Source of the DNA: an uncultured Acidobacteriota bacterium
Lineage (GTDB): Bacteria; Acidobacteriota; Terriglobia; Terriglobales; Acidobacteriaceae
Assembly: GCA_963823295.1 (NCBI GenBank)
Contig: CAWGLF010000017.1
Span: 66,750-130,749 of the forward strand
Reading direction: 5' to 3'
DNA: 64,000 nucleotides
Part shown: one piece after another, positions 1 to 10,717 of the stretch
Numbering within the stretch: the stretch's first letter is position 1
Layout of the letters: each line of letters opens with the position of its first letter
The notes under the pieces: model-generated
Told to the model about the DNA's origin: nothing
Database searches by the model: none
The model's input: only the letters and a program-made list of their open reading frames with translations
Made by a program: the position numbers and the translations under genes

Positions 1-623
1 GGATTGCGATCGAACCATGCGAGCGCTTCGACTACTTCCCGGCCAGCCGCTTCGCCCTGAACCGCGACCGGATACAACAGCACCCGCACCTTGGCATGGC
101 GGCGCGCAAGGATGTTGAGAATGTCGTGGATCACCGCGCCTTTGGGCGAAGTAATGACACCAATGACTCGCGGGTAGGCCGGAAGCGGACGTTTTCTTTC
201 GGCGTCGAACAGGCCCTCCTCTCGCAGTTTCGCGTAGAGCTGCTCGAATGCGACCTGAAGCGAGCCTTTGCCGCGCGGCTCCATACTTTCTGCGACCAGC
301 TGCAATTGACCGCGGTCTTCGTAGACGGAAACGCCGCCGCGCACCTGAACTTCCAGTCCATCTTTCGGGCTGAACTTCAGCAGGCGTGCTTTGCTGCGAA
401 ACAGGACCACCGGAATCTGGCTCTGATCGTCCTTCAAAGTGAAATAAATGTGTCCAGAGGATGCGCGGCGCAGATTCGAAATCTCTCCCTCGACGCGCAC
501 ATCGCGGTATTCCTTTTCAACGTGATTGCGGATTTCCGTAACCAGCTCCCACACCTTCCACGGAGGACGGACGAAGCTCGGGGATTGCGTCGCGCCGGTG
601 ACAGCGGGGAAGAGGAGATCCAT
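1..623 (-). CDS. xseA: Exodeoxyribonuclease VII large subunit, N-terminal part (rest of gene lies beyond window start)
   Basis: Reverse-strand frame from ATG at 623..621 reads MDLLFPAVTGATQSPSFVRPPWKVWELVTEIRNHVEKEYRDVRVEGEISNLRRASSGHIYFTLKDDQSQIPVVLF...YPRVIGVITSPKGAVIHDILNILARRHAKVRVLLYPVAVQGE. This is the OB-fold start plus the VITSPxGAxxxD and VQG motifs typical of XseA. It is not in the ORF track because it has no stop inside the window. Confidence 0.85.
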   Translation of the reverse strand, partial: MDLLFPAVTGATQSPSFVRPPWKVWELVTEIRNHVEKEYRDVRVEGEISNLRRASSGHIYFTLKDDQSQIPVVLFRSKARLLKFSPKDGLEVQVRGGVSVYEDRGQLQLVAESMEPRGKGSLQVAFEQLYAKLREEGLFDAERKRPLPAYPRVIGVITSPKGAVIHDILNILARRHAKVRVLLYPVAVQGEAAGREVVEALAWFDRN

Positions 624-864
624 TTGCGGGGCAGATGGCCGGCCGGCTGAAGGGTCGTCCATATTTCGCGGTGATTTGAAGGACGGGTTCACGGATGGAT
701 ACTCAACCTTCTTCCCGCGGAATCTCCATGGCGGCGGCTGAAGCTTGTTTGAAAAATGCTCAGATCATCATCGGTCATCCTGAGCGAAGCCCTAGGGCTG
801 GGAATGACAGATCGACTTTGAAACACGCCTTAACAAACGATGAGTCTAGCATTTGCCCCAGGAA

Positions 865-1089
865 TCAGCGACGTATGCGGCTGAGGATATAGAAGATCAA
901 AGACAGCACGACGCTCAGTACAATGCAGGTTACCAGAGGGAAGTAGAACGAAGAATTTTTGCCGCGCCAGACAATATCCCCCGGTAAACGTCCGAGCGGC
1001 AGGTTCAGCCTTCCAGCGAGCATCACGCAGACGCCGGCGATTACGATCACCATGCCGAAAACGATCAGAGCTCGCCCTAGTCCGTACAT
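865..1089 (-). CDS. DUF2905-family small membrane protein
   Basis: 74-aa ORF with two hydrophobic helices flanking LPLGRLPGDIVW, the signature region of DUF2905 proteins. Confidence 0.65.
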   Translation of the reverse strand: MYGLGRALIVFGMVIVIAGVCVMLAGRLNLPLGRLPGDIVWRGKNSSFYFPLVTCIVLSVVLSLIFYILSRIRR

Positions 1090-1152
1090 ACCCTAAGTGT
1101 AGAACCAAGGCGCGCACGATCCGCGCAGCGATGCCCTGCAGCTCTCGCTCGA

Positions 1153-1524
1153 TCAGCTATCGAGCAGCGCGTCCGCCTCTTCCAGCAACAATGCCGGCGG
1201 TACGGGTTTTGTCATAATACGGCTGGGGATGGTGCGGTCACGGGCCCATTTCCGTGCCGATCCAAGATTTGCAAAATTGCCGGTCAACATAAGAACGCGG
1301 CACTGCGGCCATCTCTGGGTGACGTTCGAGGCCAATTCCAATCCGTCCATCCCAGGCATCGCCATATCGCACAACAGCAGCTCCGGGCAGAAATCCGGGG
1401 GACAAGCAAGGGCTTCCGCGCCCGTATACGACACCCGGCATTCAAACCCACGCTTGCGAAAGATTATTCCAAGAGTATCGGCTATCATCTGCTCGTCGTC
1501 GACGACCAGGACTCTTCGTTTCAT
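1153..1524 (-). CDS. Single-domain response regulator (CheY-like receiver)
   Basis: The ORF 1153..1836(-) is open further upstream. The receiver domain begins at the internal ATG (1524..1522): MKRRVLVVDDEQMIADTLGIIF...LLLCDMAMPGMDGLEL...MTKP. Acidic pocket DD, phospho-acceptor D and conserved K are present. There is no output domain. Confidence 0.8.
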   Translation of the reverse strand: MKRRVLVVDDEQMIADTLGIIFRKRGFECRVSYTGAEALACPPDFCPELLLCDMAMPGMDGLELASNVTQRWPQCRVLMLTGNFANLGSARKWARDRTIPSRIMTKPVPPALLLEEADALLDS

Positions 1525-1826
1525 GGTTCTCCCCGCGCTCTCCGCATCAGCCGCTCGACACCGGGGAAGTGTTTCGAGAGGCAACATAAGACTAGCGAAT
1601 GAACGTTGCAATTCGTTGAAGGTGATCGAATTGGAACATATCCGGATTGCACTTGCAAGTGTGCATCGCGATACTTCTGTTTTGACGTTCATTTGGAGCG
1701 CCAGATTGTCACCTGTGGTGCTCCGCTCTGTTATCGGGTGTGCGCTCAACTCGCCGGATGCGGGAATTTCCTGGATCTTGTGCTGGACAGGCGGCGTTCG
1801 TGATTCAATTTGCTTGAGGCCGATCG

Positions 1827-2999
1827 ATGAATGCAATCGCCCTGATTGCCGGTATAGTGTGCCTGGCGGAGGTGCTGGTGGACGCCTTCCAGACGATCAT
1901 CCTGCCCCGCCGCGCCAGCGGGCGGTTGCGTATTTCGCGGCTTTTTTTAACAGCCACCTGGGTTCCGTGGCGAGCCCTTGCCGGCCGGATGAAGCAGACG
2001 CGCAGCCGGGAAAGCTTCCTGAGCTACTTCGGCCCGCTGTCGCTGCTGCTGCTGGTCGTGGTCTGGGCTGCGGGCCTGATTTTAGGCTTCGGGCTGCTGT
2101 TCCACGCCCTCGGTTCGCCATTCGCCGACTCGCATTCTATTTCGCGGTGGGAATCGGATTTTTATGTGAGCGGCACAACCCTCTTCACCCTGGGCCTGGG
2201 AGATGTTGTTCCGCTCTCCGTGGGAGCGCGGCTGCTGGTGGCGCTCGAGGCAGGGACGGGTCTGGCCTTTGTGGCCGGCGTCATCGGATATTTGCCGGTG
2301 CTGTACGGAGCCTTTTCCCGGCGTGAGGTGAGCATCATTCTGCTGGACGCCCGGGCAGGTTCTCCACCGACGGCGCTCGAGTTATTGCGCCGCCATGCAG
2401 GCCCGTTTGGCGAAGCGGCATTGCTCGAGCTTCTGGTCGAATGGGAGCGCTGGAGCGCCGAACTGCTGGAGAGCCACATCTCCTATCCGCAACTGTGTTT
2501 CTTCCGCTCCCAGCACGATAACCAGAGCTGGCTGGGTGCGCTGGTCGCTATGCTGGATACGTGTTCTATCTTGATCGCGACCATCGAAGGAGAAGGAGCA
2601 CGGCAGGCGCAGCAGACCTTCGTCATTGCCCGCCACGCGGTTCTCGATCTGGCGCATATCTTTTCGCTCGATGGCCAGTCCTCGACAGAAGACCGCTTGC
2701 CGCCGGGAAGCATCGAGAACGTCTGCGATCAGCTGGCGAATTCCGGTTTCAAACTGTGCACCGGACCGGCTTCACAAGAGCGGTTGCGGAAATTGCGCAG
2801 CATGTATGAGCCGCAGGCCCTGGCGCTTGGCCGCGTGCTGATGCAGCCGCTGCCGCCGTTTTATCCCGAAACGGACAAGCGCAGCAACTGGACGATCGTG
2901 TCTGCTTTACGTTCCCAGACCGAGGCCTCTCTGCTGTCCAGGGAAGATGGCAGGGGCACAGCTGCCGCGCCGGTTACGGAGGAAGACCACCGCTTCTAA
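1827..2999 (+). CDS. Potassium-channel family protein (two-TM pore domain plus cytoplasmic C-terminal domain)
   Basis: 390-aa ORF with N-terminal TM helices and the pore signature TLFTLGLGDV (TxGxGD selectivity-filter type). Confidence 0.7.
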   Translation: MNAIALIAGIVCLAEVLVDAFQTIILPRRASGRLRISRLFLTATWVPWRALAGRMKQTRSRESFLSYFGPLSLLLLVVVWAAGLILGFGLLFHALGSPFADSHSISRWESDFYVSGTTLFTLGLGDVVPLSVGARLLVALEAGTGLAFVAGVIGYLPVLYGAFSRREVSIILLDARAGSPPTALELLRRHAGPFGEAALLELLVEWERWSAELLESHISYPQLCFFRSQHDNQSWLGALVAMLDTCSILIATIEGEGARQAQQTFVIARHAVLDLAHIFSLDGQSSTEDRLPPGSIENVCDQLANSGFKLCTGPASQERLRKLRSMYEPQALALGRVLMQPLPPFYPETDKRSNWTIVSALRSQTEASLLSREDGRGTAAAPVTEEDHRF

Positions 3000-3626
3000 A
3001 TGGTCGAGGGGACGGAGAAAACCAGCCATGCCAGCACCGCCACTTCCACCAGGAGCAGAATCAGCAGCCACCAAAGCAACACCGGACCGGCAAAGAGAAG
3101 GCGGGGCGTCCGCAGGTTTGCTGGTTCGGTAAGGCTGGCGGAATAATTGCTCAAAGCGCTTTGCACGCGGTTCAATGCGACCAGCAAAGGAATTCGGGGC
3201 TCGTCCGGCAGGAGGCGTTGCCTCGCCCGATGTCTGGTCCAGCGCAATCCGGAAATTCGCCAGGCTGGTGCGGATTTCCAGCAGCAATCCCTGCCGGAAT
3301 GTATCACCGGCGGCCCATCGATCGAGGCCCTCCGCATCGGCCTGCATCTGCATACGCTGTAAACGATAATCCGCGCTATAGCCGGGCGTGGCCGAATCGG
3401 TCTCCGCTGCTGGTGCGCCCGTCATTCCGAGCACATCCACCGCGGCGCGCGCCGTGGCAACTTTCAGACGCTGGCAGTGCTGATAACCGGGATTGAAGAC
3501 AATGTCGTGATGGGTTGACGCAGGCACCGTCTGCAATGCCTGATGCATCATCAGCCACGCGGTGACAGCGATCGATAGGAACAGGAATACGGTGAGAATA
3601 CGGCGCGCAGTGGATTTACGGTTCAT
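2996..3626 (-). CDS. Hypothetical membrane-anchored protein; reading frame apparently broken once
   Basis: ORF 2907..3626(-) starts MNRKSTARRILTVFLFLSIAVTAWLM (TM anchor). Its last ~60 codons are low-complexity and overlap the K+ channel gene. Frame 2996..3337(-) ends in a clean TM helix, LLFAGPVLLWWLLILLLVEVAVLAWLVF. Removing one G from GGGG 3093..3096 joins ...SKPADA to RLLFAGPV.... No family recognised. Confidence 0.35.
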
Positions 3627-3642
3627 TCCTCTTAGGCTTCGG

Positions 3643-4704
3643 CTACGCGGTCACCGGCTCCAGCAGGCGCGACCAGCGGCGCTCTTTGCGCTCCGCGTGG
3701 GCGCGCTGGTGGTAAGCATAGCCGGCGATCAGCGGCAGAGCCAGAGTCGCTTCGCTATAAACCATCTGCTCATAGGCGGTGTCGACTTTCCCCCAGGAAC
3801 TCGCCTCTTTCAGAGTGCTCGACGACAGCGCGCCATCCCGTACATCCGCGACGGTGATCTGGATGGCATATTTATGCATCGGCGCATCCGTACCCAGCAC
3901 GTCCGCCGCGACGACGATGTCCTGGGCGAAATTTTTGGGCACACCGCCGCCGATCATCAGCAGCCCGGTGGTTGGATTCGCGATTTTCAGCTGCGTCAGC
4001 TCGTAGAAATCTTTTACCGAGTCAATGGAGACCTTTGGCTTGTCCTGGCGGGCATGCTGGTGCGCCACCAGGCCGAAACCTGCCGAGCAGTCGCTGAAGG
4101 CGGGACAGAATATCGGCACATCTTTCTCATAGGCAGCCAGAACGATGGAATCCGGGCCGCCTTTGGCAGGCGTTTTTCTCTGCTGGTCGAGATACGATCC
4201 CATGGCACGGATGAATTCGCGGGAACTATGCGGACGAGGCGGCAGCATGTCGGCGATTTTCCGCGTGGTCTCGTCGCAGATGCGCAGCTCTTCTTCATCG
4301 ATGAAGGTGTCGTAGATGCGGTCGATCATCAACTCGCGCAGCACGCCATCCTGCATGCCGGATTTATACTCGTCGCCGGCGATGTAGTGGCGGAATCCGA
4401 GCGCCTCGAAAAAATCCTGATCGACAATGTTTGCTCCGGTCGAAACGATGGCATCGACCATGTTGTTGCGGACCAGATCGACAAAAACCTGCTTCAACCC
4501 GGCGCTAATCAGCGAACCGGCCAGGCACAAAATGACGCCGCACTCCTGGTCCCGCAGCATACGCTCATAAATCCCGGCGGCGCGCGCCAGATCGCGGGAG
4601 GAATAGGCCATGGCCTGCATGGCATCAACGAGAGCGCGGACATCGTGCCGCTTGATATCGATATGTTCGATCGGATGACTGAGTAGATCTTTCTTAGTCG
4701 GCAT
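3643..4704 (-). CDS. Deoxyhypusine synthase family protein (bacterial homologue)
   Basis: Start taken at the ATG 4704..4702 (MPTKKDLLSHPIEH...). Motifs seen: STGANIVDQDFFEALG, MIGGGVPKNFAQD and STLKEASSWGKV (position of the catalytic Lys in eukaryotic DHS). The ORF track extends 39 codons further upstream (to 4821). Confidence 0.85.
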   Translation of the reverse strand: MPTKKDLLSHPIEHIDIKRHDVRALVDAMQAMAYSSRDLARAAGIYERMLRDQECGVILCLAGSLISAGLKQVFVDLVRNNMVDAIVSTGANIVDQDFFEALGFRHYIAGDEYKSGMQDGVLRELMIDRIYDTFIDEEELRICDETTRKIADMLPPRPHSSREFIRAMGSYLDQQRKTPAKGGPDSIVLAAYEKDVPIFCPAFSDCSAGFGLVAHQHARQDKPKVSIDSVKDFYELTQLKIANPTTGLLMIGGGVPKNFAQDIVVAADVLGTDAPMHKYAIQITVADVRDGALSSSTLKEASSWGKVDTAYEQMVYSEATLALPLIAGYAYHQRAHAERKERRWSRLLEPVTA

Positions 4705-4819
4705 AAATCTCAGGATAGCAAAAGCCGCGATCCCACTCGGATTCAGATCCTGTGAATTCTCCATCATCCGCGAAGTTTCTGCGATTGCTTTTCGTTCTCC
4801 CCGTATACTTTCGGAGCGC

Positions 4820-5790
4820 ATGAAAAATTCGTCGATTCTTCGACGCTATTTCGTTCTGACATTCTTTCTCTGTTGCCTCGCGGTCCGGTTTTCTTTCGGA
4901 TGGGGCAGCCGAGCCCATGAAATTATCAACCGGGTCGCATTCGAGATGCTGCCCGGCGAGATTCCTGCTTTTCTGCATACGCGCCAAGCTCTCGATGAGG
5001 TGGAATATCTTGGGCCGGAGCCCGATCGATGGCGTTCGCCCGCGGAACCGGAGCTGAGCGCAAGCCAGGCGCCCGAGCATTTTCTCGATCTGGAGCCGGC
5101 CGACCTGGCTGCCCCTGACGGTTTACCGGCAGAACGGTTCGACTTTATCCGCGATCTCGACCGCGCGCGACGAAAATATCCCAGTCTGGCAGCGGAACTC
5201 ACTCCGCAGAAAGTGGGGCTGCTGCCGTGGGAGGCCGATGAAATGTTTGAACGCCTGAGGCTGGATATGCGCGACTACCGAACCTGTCTGGCCGGCCATC
5301 AGCCCACGCGCAGCGTGCAGCAGGCGATCCTCTATGATGCCGGGCTGCTCGGCCACTATGTCGCCGACGGCTCCCAACCTCTGCATACGACTACTGACTA
5401 CAACGGGTGGGTGGAAGCCAAAAATCCTGAGGGTTTCACGCGGCAGGCACTCACATCCACGCCCAGTTCGAGACGGAATTTGTGGAGGGCAATATCCGGG
5501 CCGAAGATATCCGGCCGCTGGTTCCTGTCAGCGTTCGCGTGCTTAACTTTCCGTTTCAGGATTTCCTCAATTATCTTCGCGCATCCCACCGGCAGGTCCC
5601 GGAGCTATACCGGCTCGAAAAGAATGGCGGCTTTAATGGCCGCGGAACCGCGCAATCCCGCAGATTTGTCGCGGAAAGAATGGCAGCCGGAGCAACCATG
5701 CTGCGCGATATGGTCTACACGGCCTGGGTGCAAAGCGCGGAGCCTCTCCCGGAGCGGCGCTACCGTTCTCCCAAGGAACAAAGCTATTAG
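4820..5790 (+). pseudogene. Secreted S1/P1-nuclease / zinc phospholipase C-like protein, frameshifted
   Basis: A signal peptide is followed by WGSRAHEIINRVAFEML (WGxxxH N-terminal metal-ligand motif) and HYVADGSQPLHTTTDYNGW in the frame of 4820. After ~5447 that frame becomes Arg/Ser-rich nonsense. The frame of ORF 5482..5790 (open from 5398) continues sensibly: GTHIHAQFETEFVEGNIRAEDIRPLVPV...MLRDMVYTAW. One indel lies within 5398..5450. Confidence 0.6.
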
Positions 5791-6060
5791 CCGATAGATT
5801 TTCTGATGGCAGATGTGAACCGAGCCATCGCGTTCCGGGCGGCACGCATCTATTCAAGAAGGACAACGTCATGCACTTCGTGCCTGGCGTTCTTTACAGC
5901 CGGGCATTGGACCTCGTTCAATGTCCGGTCAATCTGCCGGCAGGGGCGCAGGTTTTCGCGATTTCCTCTGCTTGCCGTCGGCGTAGGAGAATCGCATCCA
6001 GCCGATGGACTCTGCCGGCAAATTGCTTCGACCGACCCTACCCACCTCAACGAGGCTCCC

Positions 6061-7287
6061 ATGAAAGCGATTGTGTTCCACGGAATTGGCGATATCCGGC
6101 TGGATACCGTATCCGATCCGAAGATTCAGCATCCTCTCGACGCGATTATCCGGATCACCGCCAGCGCCATCTGCGGTACCGATCTGCACTTCATCCGCGG
6201 AACTGTGCCGGGGATGAAAAAGGGTCGCGTGCTCGGACATGAGGCGCTCGGAATTGTCGAGGAGTTGGGCAAAGGGGTGCGAAACCTTAAAGTGGGCGAT
6301 CGCGTTGTCGTACCGTCTACGGTCGGCTGCGGGAGCTGCACCTACTGTCGTTCCGGCTATTTCGCTCAATGTGACCGCGCCAATCCGGGTGGGCCGCTGG
6401 CCGGAACAGTATTTTTCGGCGGACCGGAATCGGCCGGCGGTCTTGATGGCCTGCAGGCCGAGTACGCACGCATACCGTTTGCCAATGCCGGGCTGGTAAA
6501 GCTGCCGGAAGATGTGAGCGACGACCGCGCCATCCTGCTGTCCGATATTCTGCCCACCTCCTACATGGCCGCGGAAATGGCGGAGATCAAGCCTTCCAAC
6601 ACTGTAGCGGTTTTTGGCTGCGGCCCAGTCGGGCAGCTGGCCATCGCCTGTGCACAGCATCTGGGCGCCGGTAGAATTTTTGCAATCGACGTTGTCCCAT
6701 CGCGTCTGGAAATGGCACGCGCGCAAGGCGCGGAAGCAATCGCGTACGACAAAGACGACGTTGTGAAAACACTGCGGGAGCTGACCGACGGATCGGGTCC
6801 TGATCGCGTCATCGATGCAGTAGGGATTGACGCCGGAACGAGTCATCCCGATGCGAAAGAGAAAAAGGAGTTCAAACAGGAGATGAAGACGGTTGCTCCC
6901 GATGCGAGTTCGAACGGGGAGACCTGGAGCGCGGGCGGCGCGCCTACGCAGGCTCTCGATTGGGCGATTCAATCCGTCGCCAAAGCGGGAACGGTTTCCA
7001 TTATCGGCGTGTACCCGCAGACGCTGAAGAACTTCCCCATTGGCGATGTGATGAATAAAAATCTGACCGTGAAGTCCGGGAATTGCAATCACCGGCGGTA
7101 TATGCCGATGTTGATTGAGCTGGTCCGCACCGGCGCAATTCGCACTGAGAATTTTCTGACTCAGGACCAGCCGTTGACGTCTGCAATCGAAGCGTATAAG
7201 TCCTTCGAACGGCATGCCACCGGATGGATTAAGGTGAAGCTGGAGCCCACCGTGGAGGCAACGACGGGAAAACACGCCGCTGCGTGA
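6061..7287 (+). CDS. Zinc-dependent alcohol dehydrogenase (MDR superfamily; formaldehyde/threonine-dehydrogenase-like)
   Basis: From ATG 6061: MKAIVFHGIGDIRLDTVSDP...ICGTDLHFIRG...GHEALGIVEELG...CGSCTYCRSGYFAQC...AVFGCGPVGQLA. Both zinc sites and the Rossmann GxGxxG are present. The upstream extension of ORF 5806..7287 looks non-coding. Confidence 0.85.
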   Translation: MKAIVFHGIGDIRLDTVSDPKIQHPLDAIIRITASAICGTDLHFIRGTVPGMKKGRVLGHEALGIVEELGKGVRNLKVGDRVVVPSTVGCGSCTYCRSGYFAQCDRANPGGPLAGTVFFGGPESAGGLDGLQAEYARIPFANAGLVKLPEDVSDDRAILLSDILPTSYMAAEMAEIKPSNTVAVFGCGPVGQLAIACAQHLGAGRIFAIDVVPSRLEMARAQGAEAIAYDKDDVVKTLRELTDGSGPDRVIDAVGIDAGTSHPDAKEKKEFKQEMKTVAPDASSNGETWSAGGAPTQALDWAIQSVAKAGTVSIIGVYPQTLKNFPIGDVMNKNLTVKSGNCNHRRYMPMLIELVRTGAIRTENFLTQDQPLTSAIEAYKSFERHATGWIKVKLEPTVEATTGKHAAA

Positions 7288-7366
7288 CACGGAAGCTTAA
7301 GACGAGCGGGACAGGTCTGATAGGTCATGTAGCGAACTAAGATGTACCTGTTGATAATCGAGGATC

Positions 7367-8500
7367 TTACTCCCGGACCAGGCGCCACTGCTCAGAGATA
7401 AAGTTGTCCGTCATTCCCGCAATATAGTCGGCGATGACGCGCGGAGCGCCCTCACTTTCGATTTGACTTTGGTGATTCGCCGGCAGCTCCTCCGGATGAA
7501 GCATCCAGTAGTGGAAGAGCCCGGCGATGGTTTCTTCTGCGAGCGCGTGGCTCAGGTCAAGGTCTTCCGCATGGTAGAGCTGCTGCAGAAGATACTGCTT
7601 GGCTTCGTGTCTCCGCTGCTCCATTTCCGTGGACATCTCCGCCAGCCGCTCGCTCGAACGGCGAATTTCTTCCAGACTTATTATCCCGGTGCTCTTCACT
7701 CGCCGATGCGTTGTCACGATCAAATCGTTCACCAGCGCGTTGAGCATGCGCTTGAGTGACTCGTGAAACAGAAGCCTGGGCGCGATCGCTGGATACAGTT
7801 TTTCAAGCTGCTGGTAGAAGCCCGCGAACAGTGGAACATTTCGGCATAGATCATCGAGCGAAAGGATTTCGGCCTCGACGCCGTCATCGATATCGGCGGT
7901 TAAGTAGGCGATCTCGTCGGCCAAGTCAATAATCTGCGCTTCGAGCGGGGGTTGCCGGTCCAGAAAATATTGCTGCAGCTCAGGATATTCCGCAGCCGAA
8001 TAGTCGTGCGAGTGTTTGATGATGCCTTCCCGCACGGCGAGAGTAAGATTCAGTCCGCGAAATTTCACATAGCGCTGTTCAAAGTGCTCCACGATGCGCA
8101 GCGCGTGCAGATTGTGATCAAAGCGAAGCCCGTGCGCGCGCAACTGGCGATCGAGCGCCTGCTCTCCGGCATGGCCGAACGGCGGATGCCCGATGTCATG
8201 CACCAGGGCCAGTGTTTCCGCCAGATCTTCGTTCAGGTCAAGAGCGGCGGCAACCGTGCGTGCAATCTGTGTAACTTCGATAGTGTGAGTCAGGCGGCTG
8301 CGGAAATGATCCGAAAAACGATGAGTAAAGACCTGCGTCTTGCCTGCCAGCCGTCGAAACGCCCGCGCATGTATGACGCGATCCCGGTCCCGCTGAAATG
8401 CCGACCGGTAAGCGTGAACGGCCTCGGGGTGCTCCCGGGCAGTCAAAGGGTCCGCAGCATCGCCGACAACTGCACAGGAGCGAAGCGAGGTAGACTGCAT
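7367..8500 (-). CDS. dgt: dGTP triphosphohydrolase-like HD-domain protein
   Basis: 377 aa: FQRDRDRVIHARAFRRLAGKTQVF, RSRLTHTIEVTQIARTVA, LVHDIGHPPFGHAGE, DLADEIAYLTADIDD. These are the canonical dNTPase motifs. Confidence 0.85.
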   Translation of the reverse strand: MQSTSLRSCAVVGDAADPLTAREHPEAVHAYRSAFQRDRDRVIHARAFRRLAGKTQVFTHRFSDHFRSRLTHTIEVTQIARTVAAALDLNEDLAETLALVHDIGHPPFGHAGEQALDRQLRAHGLRFDHNLHALRIVEHFEQRYVKFRGLNLTLAVREGIIKHSHDYSAAEYPELQQYFLDRQPPLEAQIIDLADEIAYLTADIDDGVEAEILSLDDLCRNVPLFAGFYQQLEKLYPAIAPRLLFHESLKRMLNALVNDLIVTTHRRVKSTGIISLEEIRRSSERLAEMSTEMEQRRHEAKQYLLQQLYHAEDLDLSHALAEETIAGLFHYWMLHPEELPANHQSQIESEGAPRVIADYIAGMTDNFISEQWRLVRE

Positions 8501-8505
8501 GGGCG

Positions 8506-10717
8506 CTATAGCGGGTGGGGTGCTGTGGAATGTGCCTCTTCCTTCGCCAGCTTTGTTTTGGCCTTATCCAGCCGCTTGCGCACCTTATTCACATCCGCAG
8601 GCTCGGCGTCCGCCGGAGCAGATGCCGCGTAATTCTTGAGTGAATCTTCCCATTGCGAGACCGCCTGCTGCAACTGACCAGTCGAAGCGTATACCTCTCC
8701 CAGATGGTCATGCACGGTTGGATCGGTGGGAATGAGCGAAATGGCGCGTTCGAGCGTCTGTTCCGCAAGCGCATACTGGCCCAGCTTGTAATGGACCCAT
8801 CCCAGGGAATCCAGATAAGCTCCATTCTCGGGATCAAGCCTTACTGCATGTTCGACAAGTTGCAGCGCTTCATTGAGCTTCAGCCCATGATCGGCCAGCA
8901 TGTATCCGAGATAGTTCAAAGTCAGGGCATTGTTAGGGTCGACGATCAGCGATTGCCGGAACTGCTGCTCCGCTGCGTCAATATGTTTTTGCCGCTCCTG
9001 AAGCGCGCCACGCAGAAAGTAGATCAGGCCCATGTCCTGTGGGGCGGCGTTTAGTTTCTGCGCCTCATCGATGGCGGAGGAAGCGTCTTTCCACCGGTGC
9101 AGCCTGGTAAATATCTGTGCCAGATGTAAGCCACACGACACGGTCCTGTTTGGAACCGTTTAGTTGCGCTTTGGCGAGGGCGACCCCCTCTTTCACTTTG
9201 CCGGTATCGACCAGCTGTCCGGCAAGCGTCAGTTGCAGGCCGACATTCTTTGGCATGGCCTTAACCGCTTTTTCGGCAGCCGCGGTGGCCTGCGGAAACA
9301 TCTTCGCCTCGCGATATGTGTCGACTTCACCCTGATACCCGCGTTCGGCATCGCTTCCGCCGAGGGCAACGATCTCCTGATAAGTATTGATGGCCTCGGA
9401 AGTTTTATTCTGGTCGCGGTAAACAGCAGCCAGGCGGTCGAGAAAGATAGCCCGGTTATTCTTTTCATCCGGCGTGTATTGCTCGTTTGCGTGTTTGGTG
9501 CTGTCGGCCAGTTGCTGCAGCAGAGTAGCCGCCTGATTCAGGTGGCCTTGGGCCTGATCGAGCATAGCCTCGTTGTAGTGCACTTCCACCGAGTCCGGAT
9601 CGAGCGCCTTGGCATGCTCGAGCGCGGCTTGCGATTTATCCAGGTGGCCCTGCATGCGCTCCACCTCGGCCAGTCGCAGAAAAGAGTGTGCGTCTTCCGG
9701 GTCCTGGGTGGTGATGCCCTCAAAAATTTTCAGTGCCGCGCCCACCTGATCGGTGCCGAGTAAATCCTCCGCCAAGCCCCGTTGCGCATCGAGATTGTCC
9801 GGCTGTAGGTCCAGTGCCTGCTGATACGCGGGGATCGCCAGCTTGGGGTTTTTCGTCTGGTCATAGGCTGCGCCCAGGGCGAGATCAATCTTGGGCGTGC
9901 GCTCATCCGCCGGAACATTCTTCAGCACGCTGACGGCTTCGGTCAGATTGTCCTGCTCACTGTACAAACGGGCGAGATTCAGCACCACATCTTCTGAACC
10001 CGGATCGATGCGTCGCGCTTCCTCAAACTGCGCCTTGGCGGCCGTCGTGTCGTGCTTCAACGTATAAAGCTGTCCGAGCAGTAGGTGGTTGTCGATTTTG
10101 TTCGGTTCCAACGCGACGATTTTCTGGAATTCCTGAATTGCAAGCGCCAGCATGGGACCGGGCTGCTGGCCGGATTGTGTATCGCCCAGCGATCTGAGAT
10201 AGACGCGGCCCAGTAACTTATGAGCGTCCAGATTATCTGGATGATTTTTGAGGATTCGTTGTGCTGTCTCGATGGCTTCGCGAACTCGCCCCAGCTTGAA
10301 GTACGTCTCGGCCAGGCTGTTCTGCAGAAAGATTGAGTCAGGATCGTGGGTGATCGCCAGCTTATACTGCTCGACGGCCTGCGTGGCCAGATCCGGCCGC
10401 CCGTACTGTTCCGCGGACTGCTCATAAAGATGGCCCAGCGCAAAATGATAATAGGCCTGGGCGCGCTTTCCAGTCACACCAACTGCTTGAGAAGCGGTTT
10501 CGGCGTCAGGCGCCGGAACATTTCCCTTGGCCTGCGATGAATTACTAGAAGTGGCGTTTGTCTTCGATGCGGGCGCGGTCCCCGCAGGCAGACTGTCCTG
10601 CTGCGCGACAGCGGTGGCTGCGAACGCAAGTGCAGCACCAAGCACGACCGCCTTCCGCCATCTCCACAGAAAAAGGTGCTTCCCTTCGGCGACACAAAAC
10701 TTCGTCATTTGAAACAC
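8506..10717 (-). pseudogene. Large exported TPR-repeat protein, split by one frameshift
   Basis: ORF 9065..10717(-) has a signal peptide and many TPR units. It ends ...SKQDRVVW then nonsense. ORF 8506..9141(-) continues the TPR units (LHLAQIFTRLHRWKDASSAIDEAQKL...). Dropping one base in 9121..9130 gives ...DRVVWLHLAQIFTRL.... Confidence 0.7.

Noticed and set aside
5806-6060. 85-codon N-terminal extension of the ADH ORF (and similar extensions at 1525..1836, 4705..4821, 41515..41592, 54005..54115, 54204..54257)
   Set aside because: The family-typical N-termini begin at internal start codons, several of them with Shine-Dalgarno-like sequences. The extensions are low-complexity or Arg-rich.
5929-7290. 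453-aa ORF on the minus strand
   Set aside because: It is exactly antisense to the well-supported Zn-ADH gene. It is Arg/Gly/Pro-rich with no motifs, which is typical of a shadow ORF in GC-rich DNA. The same reasoning applies to 3562..4686(+), 1229..2326(+), 10999..11835(+), 35559..36143(-), 41624..42271(+), 42930..43694(+), 46346..46894(+), 49456..50160(+), 54228..55163(-) and 56391..56972(+).
7367-8500. dGTPase as a possible anti-phage nucleotide-depletion defence gene
   Set aside because: It has the ordinary housekeeping Dgt architecture. It is flanked by ADH and TPR genes, with no neighbouring defence, mobile or toxin genes. Nothing in the sequence distinguishes it from the core-genome enzyme.
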